Shown here piece after piece: positions 47,481 through 60,057 of a stretch of 64,000 nt of DNA (its first letter is position 1; every line of letters starts with the position of its first letter). This DNA is from Zygnema circumcarinatum SAG 698-1b (taxonomy: Eukaryota > Plantae > Zygnematophyceae): positions 1,894,880 through 1,958,879 of the forward strand of contig CM074810.1 of assembly GCA_037447605.1 (NCBI GenBank), written 5' to 3'. The notes under the pieces were generated by a model that did no database searches, was not told where the DNA came from, and was given only the letters and a program-made list of their open reading frames with translations. Both the position numbers and the translations under genes were made by a program.

Positions 47481-50430
47481 GCAAGTAAAATGAAGGGACT
47501 GCATTAGAATTTAGAATTAGGCTTTCGAGGGCATGAATGTGCTTCAAAGAGTTTCAAAGCATAAAGCGAATTAGGGTTCCAGGAGTAGAAAAAACCTCTA
47601 AGTTTCTGTAGCTCCTACACAACAGACGATGTCTAAAAAAAAAAAACGATTTAACTCACTTCTTGTTTGTTAGAATGCACTTGTGGAAAGACTTCCCGGA
47701 AACGCTCCATTGCTCAGCCTGTTCCACACAAGCAGCAAAACTAAGGAAAAGAACAATCAAGCAACGGTTGAGATTCTATCACCTGCAAAGGGAGAGCAAA
47801 ATAGGGAGGAGAGAGGGAGGGAGAGAGCGGAGGTTGCCCAGTTAGCTAATTACCTCTCCCAAATAGTGGCTATCAAATCGTGGGGGCAGGTCGGGTTCGC
47901 CGCTCGCTTGCAAGAGCTGTAAAAAAATCAATAATGAAAAATCAGAAATATCATAAATAAGAAGGAATCCACAATCGCAAGGAACAAATTTAGGCCCCAT
48001 TCTGATATTTTTTGGGCTTTAAGGGTTCGAATCGAGAGCTTTCTTCAGGACTAACGTTGTCAGCGATTGGAGGAACGGTTAGTATTTTAGAATTTTGACT
48101 TACCTTGCTATCTGCATAAGCAGAGCAGAATCCGACGTATTTCGAATCTTGAGCCTTCAGAATGATAAGAACAGCATCGCTCGGAAACGAACTGAAAAAA
48201 AGAAGGAAGGGGGAAAAGAAATTTGTCAGGACAAATCATATTAGGATGGAGGATTCAACGACGACAAATTTTTAAATAAACAAATCGGTCTACCAAAGAT
48301 TAGAACGCATAACTTCTCATCGCAAACAGAACAAAACGAAATCACAGAGCTTCAATGATCAATTGACAGAACAAAAAAGGGGTACGATCGAGTCTTTCTT
48401 GCCATAACATTTCCGCCTTCAGAACTATCGACGATTCTAGGCTTCCCAGTTTTCTCTGTTTCCCTTTTGTTATCCCCCTCCTGCTTCCTCCTCCTATTCT
48501 TTTCATTCCCTTTCTCTCCACCTCTCCACCTCTCCTCAGCCCTCTTCCCTCCCCTTCCTGCCTCCCCTTTCCTCCTCCCCTTCGTCCCCTAATATTAGCC
48601 TTCCATACCCTCTCCTCTCCTCCTGCACTCCTCTCCTCTCCTCTCCTCTCCTCTCCTCTCCTCTCCTCTCCTCTCCTCTCCTCTCCTCTCCTTGCTTCTC
48701 CTCTCCTCCACCCCCCCATTCACTTCCCCGTCCTCCCGTCCTTCCCCCCTCCCTTAGCCCTACCCTCTCGCTTGCCTCGCTCATTCTCTCCCTTTCCTCC
48801 TTCCCCCACCTTCCCTTCCTCCCACACACCCATCCCAACATCGAACCACCCCCCCACCCCCCCCTCCCCCCCTCCCCCCCTCCCCCTCTCCTCGCCCTAG
48901 GCCCTACTCCGCCAATCATCAAAGTTTACGGCCTGTTTCTCCCACTCCCCTCTCTCCTTCCTACCCACACAAACCCCCCTTTATGACCTGTCCCTCCACC
49001 CCTCACTCTTTCCCCCGCTCTCCGCCCCCTCCCCACCCCCTTATGGCCTGTCTCTCCCACAGCCATCTCCCTCCCTCTCCACCTCCCACCTGCCATGGAA
49101 AGCTCCCCTCTCTGCTGCGAGTGTCCAGCGCGAATTTTCGGCCCTCACGCGCAGCAGCCGCCCGCTCTCCGCCACCAACACCACGTTCTCTCCAAACTGC
49201 TTCCCGGCCCGCCCTCCGAGTGGTCACCATGGCTTCCATGTGCATACATTTGCCAGGCATGTGCATACATTTGCCATGCATGTGCATACATTTCGGCAAG
49301 TATGCATGAAAAAAGTAAGGTGTAGCCGCATAACATAAGCACATTTTGTGACAGATTCTGTAGATTCACGCATATGCACGAATCTGCATCTGAGAACAAG
49401 CAAGTGCAGGAAGAAAGACTGCAAAGACCAGATTGGACAACGCATGTGATCATTCAAAAAAATAAACATTCATATAAACGATGAAGTAGTTATCCACCTG
49501 AAGATGCTCTGCGAGAGAGTTTGTGCGAGAAGCAGACGACATGCGCCTCGTCAGCTTTATGGATGAGGCATCTTGGGCAGACATTGCTGCTCTGACACGC
49601 CAAAAGTAATACCTAAGATAGCCCCGCCTTCAATAAGATAAATTTGTGTTTTCCCTTGCTCAAGGTCCAGCAACCCTAACTTCAGAAGTTCTCCATTGTG
49701 TTTTTTCCAGCTGCAAAAAGTCTATTACTGGCTGCTCTCCTGTGCATAGGGCTTGCGTATCTGCCCACCAAATGAAAATTCCATATGCGTTCTGATGAAA
49801 TGTCCAGTTACAGATGTCAGTCTATTGCTTAAGAAACTTATATTTTGCAGGAAACCTTCACCAGTTCGGTGGTCAGGGGCCGCCAGGAGGGAGCCCTTTC
49901 CTTCTCCCTCAAGACTCCTGACACAGTTGCAGACTTGCAGTTGCAGGCGTCCAAGCTACATACGATGATGTTTGCCCTGTGCGGCCCTACACACGATGAT
50001 GTAACCCTTGCGTCCAACAGGGCAGAACTGCAGAAGTGATGCAGCGGTCCGCACGATATGATGTAGCGCAAACAAAGGTGATGTAGCAAAAATGATGCGC
50101 CGCGTGAATCCCGCCGTAAAGACCGCTCCAACCTCCACGTGGAAGGTAACCGTTCACTTGAGAGACACGTGTACCATTCAAAACACGTCACGTGGCTTGT
50201 ACTTTGTCCTGCATGGAGGGCTCAAAGGGCTTTTGGAGGTTTGGCCCTTTTGGGGCTCCGTACAAACAGCGGCAAGTTGGCCACGGCAAACTGGCCACAG
50301 AGTTAGCCATAATTTAGTTAGCCATTGGCCAGGCGACTACCCTTTCAAGTACTAGTCATTAGCCATGCGCTAGAAGTTTACCGTGCTTAGTTTTGGTTAA
50401 CCATGACGGTTTTGGCCTTTTTTTGCCCTA

Positions 50431-50877
50431 CAGTCAACAGTCCTCATATTTTCGCCATGGTTTTGGCAAATATGAGGCGAAAATATTGATTTTTGCAAAT
50501 AGAAGGTTCGTGTTACCAATAGACGGGCGGTATTGTTAGAGTTCGTGTTAGAGTTCATGTTGGACCGTACGTATCGTACAGTACCATATCGTATCGTATC
50601 GTATCGTATCGGAACCAAAAGGGAGGAAAGACGAGCGAGCGCCTCTTACGGAGGCACGTGCGGGAAGATTCGGTGAGTTTTGCTCAAGCCCGTAATGGCT
50701 AGTACAGCAAGTACGGAAAGTACGGCTAGTACGGTTTTTAGGGTTTTTAGGGTTTGAGGGGTACGGATAGTACGAGTAGTACGGCTAACACAAAGTTACC
50801 GTACAAAAAGGTGGTTTCGGCAAAATCGGGGCGAAAATACAGGGTACAAAGGTGGAAAATATGAGGACTGCTGACTG
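50431..50877. mobile_element. pogo-type MITE, 447 bp, related to the element at 1-2878
   Basis: TA|CAGTCAACAGTCCTCATATTTTC ... GAAAATATGAGGACTGCTGACTG|TA: 23-bp TIR with one mismatch and TA TSD. 50431-50590 matches the reverse complement of about 2740-2878. Confidence 0.9.
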
Positions 50878-51376
50878 TACTTGGCCCCTAGTGGCACATG
50901 GCAGGAGGTTCCGTACGACACCATTCCCAGTGCGTGCATATACTTTCGTCCGTACAGTGCCAACCGTTGGACAGACAAAAAGCCATCCGTTCTACAAGAT
51001 CTGGTTGAAGAACTCCTTTATTCCAAAGCACCCTCCCTGAATGAAGCAGCACTGGACCAGACAGACTCCTTGTAATAAGCTTTCCAAAATATACACACCT
51101 TAATCCCAACATGGATGGAATTAAGACCCAAGCCAACTATCAACTTTCCAGCTATTTTCTCCCTCTTCTATTAAGACGACGAAGAAGAAAAAGGAAAAGC
51201 AAAAACTTTTTTGTGTGACTCACACCTATCCTTCCTACTCCATGCCGAAACTAATTCCAACAAAGGACCCTCTACTAACTAGCTTCATTTCCACTTCCAA
51301 GCTTACAAACCCTCCCCGTTCTTTTGTGTTTTATTATGCTTCTCTCTTGCCTTTTCTACAATCCCTAAAGCACATA

Positions 51377-53875
51377 TCAATACGGCCGATACCTAACGAC
51401 TGCCCGCAGGTCTCTCCCTCTCATGGGCCCAAAATCCCCTTGTCCTGAAGCCATTGGTGAGTCCGAGGGAGAGGTGACGTGATAGAGTTGCTTCCCTCCG
51501 TGCCCTAATACTCCACCCCCCATTGGAGAGGGAGGAATCCCATACTCTCCTTGTCTTGAGTCTTCCGGCCGAGGCTGCGCTACTTTAATCTCTCCAATAT
51601 CTCTCCCTGCAATTGTTCGAGGGCTTCTCGCAGCAGCAGCTTCAGCTGCATAAGGATTACTAAAGCGAACATAGCAGAAACCACGCCTCTTTCCGCTGGA
51701 TTTATCTTTTGGAAAGTAGACATCCTCGACAGGGCCATACCTGAACACACACTCACTTCCTCACATTACGAATCTAGAAAATCGTCGGGGTTTAGCTTCA
51801 GGATTCGTTTAAAAAAAAGTACGTTTACTAAGCATTTCCTAAGAAAAACTATGAAAAACTTTCAATTTTGACAAACCCTATTCTTCGTAGTTGTGAATGA
51901 GGAAAGAGAAGGGAAAAAGGGCAAGTAGAGGGAGTGGGGTTCCTTTTACGGCTCTTCAGGGAGAACCGACGTACAGTACTGTTGACTGTTCCGTTAGCCT
52001 ACACAGTCCCATGCTGCCAGCAGTCATTGTCAAGGGCATTCAACGTAAGACTGTGGGGCGGTGCTAACTTACTTTTCAAAGTGGCCTCTCAAATCGTGGT
52101 CTGTCAGATCATCCGGTACCCCCCCTACAAAAATTCGGTGTCCAAAATCTTCCTTCGGTCTCCCACCGCCCATTCCCACTCCCATTCCCCCTCCCATCCC
52201 ACCCCCTCCTTCGACTCCAACTGTCCCCATTCCAAAGTCCCTGCCATAAGGTGGCGGCTGCTGTTCCATGGTTCTGTAATCCGTCAACACTCCCCCAACA
52301 GGCAGTGCTGCAACTTGTGACGCATAGAAAAATGCCTCTGCAGGCCTCAGTGGGGGCTGTACCGGTCGAAAGAGCCCTCCAGCAGGGGTAAATGGAGAAG
52401 GGAGAGGAGTAATGACAGGAGGAAGAGGAGGAGGACGAGGCGAAGGAGGCCCTCCCCCTCCGTTTAGATGGTATGTTGCGGGAGGAGGGCGATATGGAGA
52501 AGTTCCTATTACTCCTGCTGCTCTCCGCCCCGGCTTCTCAGCAAACCCCGAGGCCGCATCGGAAGGCCGGGGCTCAGCGCGGCCCACTGGGATGTGCCGC
52601 CCGGCAATCTCTTGGGTGGGGTCGGAAGTCTGTCAAGCAGAGATGCAGGACGGTAGGCAAGGAGAGGCAGTAAGTCGCGCAGGAGGGTTCCAGGGAAAGA
52701 GAACGGAGTGGCGGAGAGGGATAAGAGGGAGGAGGGAAAAATGGGAGAGAGAGAGAGGGGGGGGGGAGGGAAGGGAGAAGGTGGAGCAAAAGGGAGCGTA
52801 TGAAGGTGGAGAGGGAAGGAACGGAAGAGGGAGGAGAGGGAGAGGGAGAGAAAGGGAAATGAAGGGTGAGGAAGAGGAAGGGGGGATAAAGGGAATCAGA
52901 GATAAAGGAAAAGGGGGAAAACAGAATTTTTGAATGCGTCTGTTCTCTGTTGTCAATTTTGTTCGGTTGTATGACTGGCAGTGAGAGGAGAGTTGCGCCT
53001 ACGGCAAAGAGAAGCCTTTCTATGACCTAACCAGGTAGCAGTGGCAGTGGCAGTCTCAGTAAAAACGGATTTCGTGAACAGATTTGCGCGAAGCTATCGG
53101 CGAAAGCTGGTAGGCACTCATCTGCGCGATGGGAGGACCGAAATCAACACCCAGGTTCATGTAATAAAGGAAGAAACCCACGACGCAAACCCCGGCCTAA
53201 AGCTTAAATGTAAGCTCACAAGCTCGTATTTTCTGGATTCTCACTTTATCTCTCCTCTCCCAATCCTTCCACTGCTCTCCTTTTCCGCTGTTCCCTTTCT
53301 CTATCTCCACACTCTCGCCCTCCGCTCCGCCTTCCATTTTTCCTCGTCTCTCGCGTGCTCTCTCTCTCACTTCTCTTACGCCCATCCCCCTCTCTTCCAT
53401 CAAAGCACACTCTCACCTTTCTATCCTCCCCCCCTCCCTCCTCGTTCCCCCCCCCCCCCCCCCACAAAACCTCCTCTTTCTATTCCCCCCAACCCCCCTC
53501 CTCTTTCTATCCTCTCCCGCTCCCCCTCCCTCCTCTGTTTACCCCCCCCGTCCCCCCCTTTCCTCCTTTCTCTAACCCCCCCTCCCCCCGGCCCCCCTTC
53601 GACCTATTTCTACGCCCCCCCCTCCCCCTCTCTCGCGTCTCCTCTCCTCCCCCCCAAACTTTCTGCCGTTCTGCAGCACTCACAGCGCGCGCGACGGCCT
53701 CCTCGCTGTCGAGCGAGACGTAGGCGAAGCCCCGTGGCTGCCGCGTGGCTTGGTCCCGAGGGATGTACACGTCCAGCACGCGCCCGCTCGCTGCAAAGTG
53801 CGCCCGCAGGGCCGCATCGCCCACGGCGCCCGTCACGCCGCTCTTCACGAATACGCGGTGCCGCCGATTCGACAT
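51377..53875 (-). CDS. RNA-binding protein with two RRM domains (hnRNP A/Musashi-like), 3 exons
   Basis: Exons 53875-53684, 52629-52073 and 51740-51377 are phase-consistent. RRM1: RVFVKSG..LDVYIPRDQATRQPRGFAYVSL. RRM2: RIFVGGVPDDLTDHDLRGHFEK-YGPVEDVYFPKDKSSGKRRGFCYVRF. Ends RYRPY*. Confidence 0.9.
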
Positions 53876-55002
53876 CGCCCCCGGATTAGGGTTAAGGTTA
53901 GGGCAAGGGCTATGGTCAAGTTAGGGTAAGAGATGGAGTTCAGTTCAGGGTAAGACAGAGTCGGATAGAGATAGGGGAGGTCAGAGATAGAGAGAGGTTA
54001 GGGTTGGATTTAGGGCTTGAGTTTGGGCTGGTTAGGGTTAGAGTTAGGGTTGGGGCTAGGGAGAGGAAGAGGGAGGGAGAGGGAGGAGGGGCCTTCATCG
54101 ATAGCAGCCATCCGTTGGAAAGGAAGGCCCCTTGGTCAACACGTGGCGGGTCGTGACTCGTCCTACTGCATATTAGGGCCAGCCGGGCAATCTTGAAAGA
54201 TCGCAGCGTCTCGCCTGGGAGATGTCGCGAAATAAATCCACTTCATTCTGCTGTCGAATTTTAGAACGCGAAAACATGTACTAGTTTCGATCTGTAGTTT
54301 TCCGGAATTCCCTGCTTCCCTTTCCCTTTGGGCACTTTGCAAACTGTGGCAGAAAGTTTGCAAACCTTCGAAACCAAGTTTTTCAACTCGCTACAAAAAC
54401 TGCTGAACTCGCAACCGTCCGCAAGTGCGATCCGGTTGAAAGCACGAAGAGCGCCACGTGGCGAAGCAAGCGCCAACGAAAAATAGGCACGTGGCGTCCA
54501 CGTGGTACGTCGTACTTGAGGAAACGCTGCAAAATGTTTGGACTGCCCGAGACATATTACTGTGCCCTCAATTTACTCTGGAAAAGGATTTGGTATTTAG
54601 CTTTTTGTCTTTGTTCCTAGGTCTGTGAGCGGTCGGCTCCTCGTGGTTCTCCATGTTGTTGGTGTTGTTGTTGTTGTGTATGTATCATTCACGGCATCCA
54701 ACCTTTTTCGACTTGGCATTGATCTCACGATGGTGAGACCATCAAATGGTACGAAAAAAACAAAAAAATAAAAAATAAAAACAAAAACAACAACGATAAC
54801 AACAACAACAGCAACAACAACAATAACAACAACAACAGCATTGGGAAACATGGGGAACCGCCCACAAATGTCCTTACGCTGGGAAAGGTGTGCGCGTAAT
54901 GAATATATGTACGAATATGTACCTGTTGTACGGTACAATTTCGTATCGTATGTTGCAATTTGCTCCGGCGGAATACTTTACTGCAGTGTGGAAATTGGAA
55001 AT

Positions 55003-55281
55003 AGGGGGAGTCAGACCTTGACCAGCGCCAAACCAATTCCGCGAGCCCGTCGGGCCAATTCCGCATTGTACGGCAGGCCTTTTTCGCCAAAAGTGGACGT
55101 TCGACAGGCTCGGGCGCCGAGCCTGTATCTCATTTTTGTAACCTATTTCGAGGTACGGACGGGACAGACAGGTTCGGGGGGAGCCGCGGTTTCCGACCCG
55201 AATTCTGCAATCGAAATCAATACCTTTCCGCCGGCGGAATCTTTCAATTCCGCGAGCGATGGTCAAGGTCTGACTCCCCCT
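55003..55281. mobile_element. 279-bp MITE, copy 1 of a head-to-tail pair
   Basis: 22-bp perfect TIR AGGGGGAGTCAGACCTTGACCA / TGGTCAAGGTCTGACTCCCCCT, flanked by AAT at 55000-55002 and 55282-55284. Confidence 0.88.
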
Positions 55282-55284
55282 AAT

Positions 55285-55563
55285 AGGGGGAGTCAGACCT
55301 TGACCAGCGCCAAACCAAATCCGCGAGCCCGTCGGGCCAATTCCGCGTTGTACGGCAGGCCTTTTTCGCCAAAAGTGGACGTTCGACAGGCTCGGGCGCC
55401 GAGCCTGTATCTCATTTTTGTAACCTATTTCGAGGTACGGACGGGACAGACAAGTTCGGGGGGAGCCTCGGTTTCCGACCCGAATTCTGCAATCGAAATC
55501 AATACCTTTCCGCCAGCGGAATCTTTCAATTTCGCGGGCGATGGTCAAGGTCTGACTCCCCCT
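55285..55563. mobile_element. 279-bp MITE, copy 2 of a head-to-tail pair
   Basis: Same TIRs; a few substitutions relative to copy 1; followed by AAT at 55564-55566. Confidence 0.88.
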
Positions 55564-55660
55564 AATGTATGAAACGTGAAAATATATGAAAGTTGAAAAA
55601 CAAAATATGAAACCATGGCTGAGGGAGGAAATGGCGTTGCATGCAGGCAGAGGATGAGGT

Positions 55661-55726
<66 letters not shown>

Positions 55727-56164
55727 CACCCGACGGCAATTCTGAATGAGATGATGAGCACTGGAGGAGGTGAAAGCTTTTAAGAATTAATTTGCGGTCA
55801 GTCACTTTGGTTCCTTGCCTCGTTTTTCTTTCCTTTCGCAGAGATTTTTGGCTTGCTTGCTTGCTTCCTTTCGTACGCTTACAAGGTGATTATTGTTGCG
55901 TTTGTTGGTCGTTTTCTTGATCACTGATTCTGTTTGTTTGTTTGATTGATGTCTTGCTTGTCTACTTGCGTCTCCAAGGCGATTTAATGTTGTTTTGTTG
56001 GTCCCTTGCGCGCTTCACTGACCGATGTCTTCTTTGACTGCTTCTGTGCAGATGGATGCCAAGCTCCTCAAGCTTTCTGAAGCTTCCTGAAGCTGATTTT
56101 TCTGATTTTTTTTGATCGATGCAGTAGAAAAGAGAGAGAAGAGGAGCAAGTAGGCCGAGCAGCC

Positions 56165-59100
56165 ATGGCAGGCACTGCACCTCCCTCCGAGGTGAAGAGT
56201 AGCAGTGGAGAGCAGCTTGACTTGGAAGGATACATATCAAACTATGCAGGCCACACCAAGATTGCAAGGTTACGCTTTATTGCAGAACGAGCCGCTTCAA
56301 AGGAGCTTGAAAAGGAAGCAGTGAGAATGGCTATTAAGGAGATTAAGCAAGGAGATAATACAGCTCTGTATAGAGACACGGTGGCGCTTGCAGGGCGGCT
56401 TGGACTGGGCATTGAGGCAGACGTGTTTTGGATAGAAAGTATGGACAGAAAGGCGGCGCAGCGTCAAGAGAAGCTGGAGTTGGAGCTGAATGGGTACAAG
56501 GTAAGAGCGAGTTAGCGAGGAAGCATTTAAGCCAGATAATTTTGAAGGAGCAGCAAATTTAGGGTTTGACCTCGCTTATTTCGGCTGTCTGAAGGCGTAG
56601 TAGTTATTTGCATACTGCTTTAGAGTTTGAGGAGCATGAAGCCGATTTTCGAACACGTTCAGTCCGCTATCATCCATTTAGAACTAGGGTTTCACAGTTT
56701 TTCGACATAGGTCCTGGAAGGACCAGTGTCCTATAAGAGAACGAGGTAGATCATCCTCCTTGTCACACGTTAGCAAACATGTGTCCAAATGTGACGAAGT
56801 ATGCATAACATGCATGCATGTTCTTGGATTTATGCATACATTTATGGTGACGATGATGATGAGGTATTTGCAGACAAATTTGATTAAGGAGAGCATTCGA
56901 ATGGGGTACAACGATCTTGGAGAGTTTTACTACTCCCGAGGCGATTTGCAGCAAGCATTCAAGTGTTATGTTCGGACGAGAGATTACTGCACGACTTCCA
57001 AGCACATCATATCGATGTGCCTAAATGTCATTCTTGTCAGCATTGAACTCGGCCACTTCGTTCATGTCGCGAATTATGTGCAAAAAGCAGAACAGACACC
57101 GGATGTGCAGGACCCCGTCGTGCTCGCGAAGCTCAAATGTGCAGCAGGATTGGCGAATTTGGAAAGCAAAAAGTACAAGCTAGCAGCGCGGAAAGTAAGA
57201 TAACAGTTTGTTGCAGTTTTCGCTTTACCTCTTGTTTCCTACATTGTATGTTGATGTATTTGCAGTCTTCGTTTGCTGGATTCTTAAATATAGTCATACA
57301 CTACTAGCGTAAAAGAGATATTTGCAGGACGGATTTGTATTGGAGATTTGCAGCAGGACGGCGCATTTACTAGACAGGAGTATGATGTTGTTATGATAAC
57401 TTATTGCGAGCAAGCGTATGATTTTTTGTCAAGGACATCAAGACTATCAAAGACATGAGTTTACTTACGTCTCTTGTTTTACCCCACAATAGACCATTTT
57501 TGAACGCAACAGCTTGAAAATGGCATGTTAGAGAAGGTATGCTGGGAATATTCAAAGAGCAGCCGATCTTAAGGACTTTCCTACAGTTGCTAAGGAGCAT
57601 GCTTGGTTCATTAAATGTGAAATAGTATGTGTGACATGCAGGCAATCATTACGAAAAAAGCAGCCTGTGTGGTGTGCTGAGTGTGGAATTGGTTGAACCT
57701 ATTTGGGCTTTGTCCTAACTGTTACATTCCTCTCTGATTAAGTTTTTCTCTGGGTTTTAATGTTTTGGTTCAGCACTTTACTTGAATTACTTCACATTGC
57801 CTTATGCTTTTGCTGTGGTTATGCAGTTTGTAGAGACTCAGTTTGATTTAGGAACGAACTACACGGAAGTGTTGGCCCCTCAGGATGTAGCCACGTATGG
57901 AGGTCTATGTGCTCTGGCCTCCTTTGACCGCTCTGAACTGAAGGTGAGTTCATAGAAAGTATAGTCGATTTTGGTGGCGCGAGGATGAGTTATCGTACTT
58001 GGCTTAGGAAGTATTCGACCTTGCTTAGAGTTCCGAGAAGGTGATAGTTTTTCTTTATCTCGTGTTCGGATTTCCAGTGATGCTGTAAATTATGAGTTAG
58101 CTTGAAGGGGTTCGCGTCATTCATGAAATTGAACTTTCTGAGTGAATTGTCACCGCAGGGCAAAGTAATTGACAACATCGGTTTCAAGAACTTTCTGGAG
58201 CTTGTTCCTGAAGTACGGGAACTCATCCGCGACTTCTATGCGAGGTGAGAGCTTTGCTGTAGAAGCTTAATTTTACCTTGCTTGCCAGGGATAGCGGTTG
58301 ACTTGCTTCCAGCTCTGCCATCTTTTGCTTACAGTTTCGAAATCATGTGGCAATCCACATGATGGTCCTCCTTCCTCTCTCCTCCCCCTCCCTCCCCTAC
58401 CCCCTCCCTCCTCCCCGCTACCCCCCGTACCCTCATTCCCCTCCCTCCTGCCCCTCCCCCCTCCCCATTCCCCGCCCCCCCTTCCCCCTCCTTCCTCCCT
58501 CCCCATCTCCCTCCTCCCTCATTACCTTTGGTTATCGGAGTAATGACATTGTTGGAAGCTCACACTGCAGTGAAGAGTGGGATGGTTGTTTGACAGCCGT
58601 TATGCGTCTTGCCTCGCATATCTTCAGAAGCTGAAGCCGAGCTTGTTGCTAGACCTGCATCTGCACGACCATGTGGATGCCCTTTATGAGCAGATACGCC
58701 ACAAAGCTCTCATTCAGTACACAACTCCTTTTATCTCCGTTGACCTCAACACCATGGCGGAAGCTTTCACTACAACGGTAACTGGGCTCGAGAAGGAGCT
58801 GGCGGCCCTCATCATGGAGAACCAAATTCAGGTACGCGAGAGATAGCGAGAGAAGCTTACCCTTGCCTATATGGCGGTGAACATTTCCTTTAAGGCCACC
58901 AGCTTCACGTACTGCACGTGTGAACTCACAGTTTGTTTACCCTTTCACTAAGCCTTGTTTGACTATCGAGGCGTCTTTTATGCGGAGCAATTCTGCACTC
59001 TTTTATATTTTGTAAGGATTACAACTTATGAGGTCAATATGATTGGCAGCAGACCCTCTCGCCCTGCCTTTCCCCTTCCCCTTCCCCCTCCCCCCTCTCT

Positions 59101-59348
59101 TCCTCCACCCATCTCTAACCTTTCGTACATATTCCCTCTCTGATCTCTCCTCTCTACAGGCGCGGATCGACTCCCATAACAAGATCCTGTTTGCGCGTCA
59201 CGCCGACCAGCGCAACGCGACGTTCCAGAGAGCCCTTCAGGCAGGGCAGGACTACCAGAGGGACACGCGAGCCATGATCCTGAGGGCGAGTCTCATGAGG
59301 AACGACTTTGCGGAGAGGTCCGGTGGACGGAGCAAGCCTTTGGGATGA
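56165..59348 (+). CDS. CSN1: COP9 signalosome subunit 1 (FUS6/GPS1), 6 exons
   Basis: Exons 56165-56500, 56874-57194, 57827-57943, 58159-58244, 58597-58831 and 59160-59348: [84 protein letters not shown]. Confidence 0.96.
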
Positions 59349-60057
59349 AGGCGATGTCGCATGCTCCCGGTCCTCCATAGAAAAGGGGACACTAAAACCC
59401 GCGGTTTGCGTTCCATGTCATTTTTAGTCTGCCTTACATTGATCTTATTTCTTTTTTTTCCCTACTGATTCCTATTGGTGAGGGCCCTTGTGGATGTTGC
59501 CAGTACAAGGGATGTCATTATTGTGCTGGTTTCACTTTTATGTTTTCCTTTTTGGAATTTGGAGGCAGCGTGGAATGATTGGAAAAATCCCGACCAGCGA
59601 CTGTCAACAAAGCCATGTCAACACACACCTCCCGACATCTGAATGTACTTGCAGAAAACGGTCACCTTCTCCCTCCCTTCCCTTCTGCCTCCCCATTCCT
59701 CCCCTCCCACAGGCACCGCGCAATCTCCTGTCCCTCTCCCTCTCCGTCTCCTTCTCCCTCTCCCTCTCACGACAACATAAATCTCGGACAAAAAAGAAAC
59801 AGAAGAAGGGCCAGACCAATAGAACACACGACCCTGCCACCACAACACCTCCCCAATGCCAACGCCAAGTTCCGCCATCAACATTGCATTCCCTCATCTT
59901 TCCATTTCGTCCGCGGGTCCCTGAATATAAAGAAACCCTAAACTCCTTGAAAAACCTAAAATGCATTAATCACATATCGAGTATGAAACCCTCCCAAAAA
60001 AGAATAAACCGACTAGGCTGCCCCTCCGCATTCAATGCAGAAGGAAATGACAAGAAC

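Noticed and set aside
49830-50200. Short ORFs next to the MITE
   Set aside because: No frame gives a recognisable protein or a consistent exon chain.
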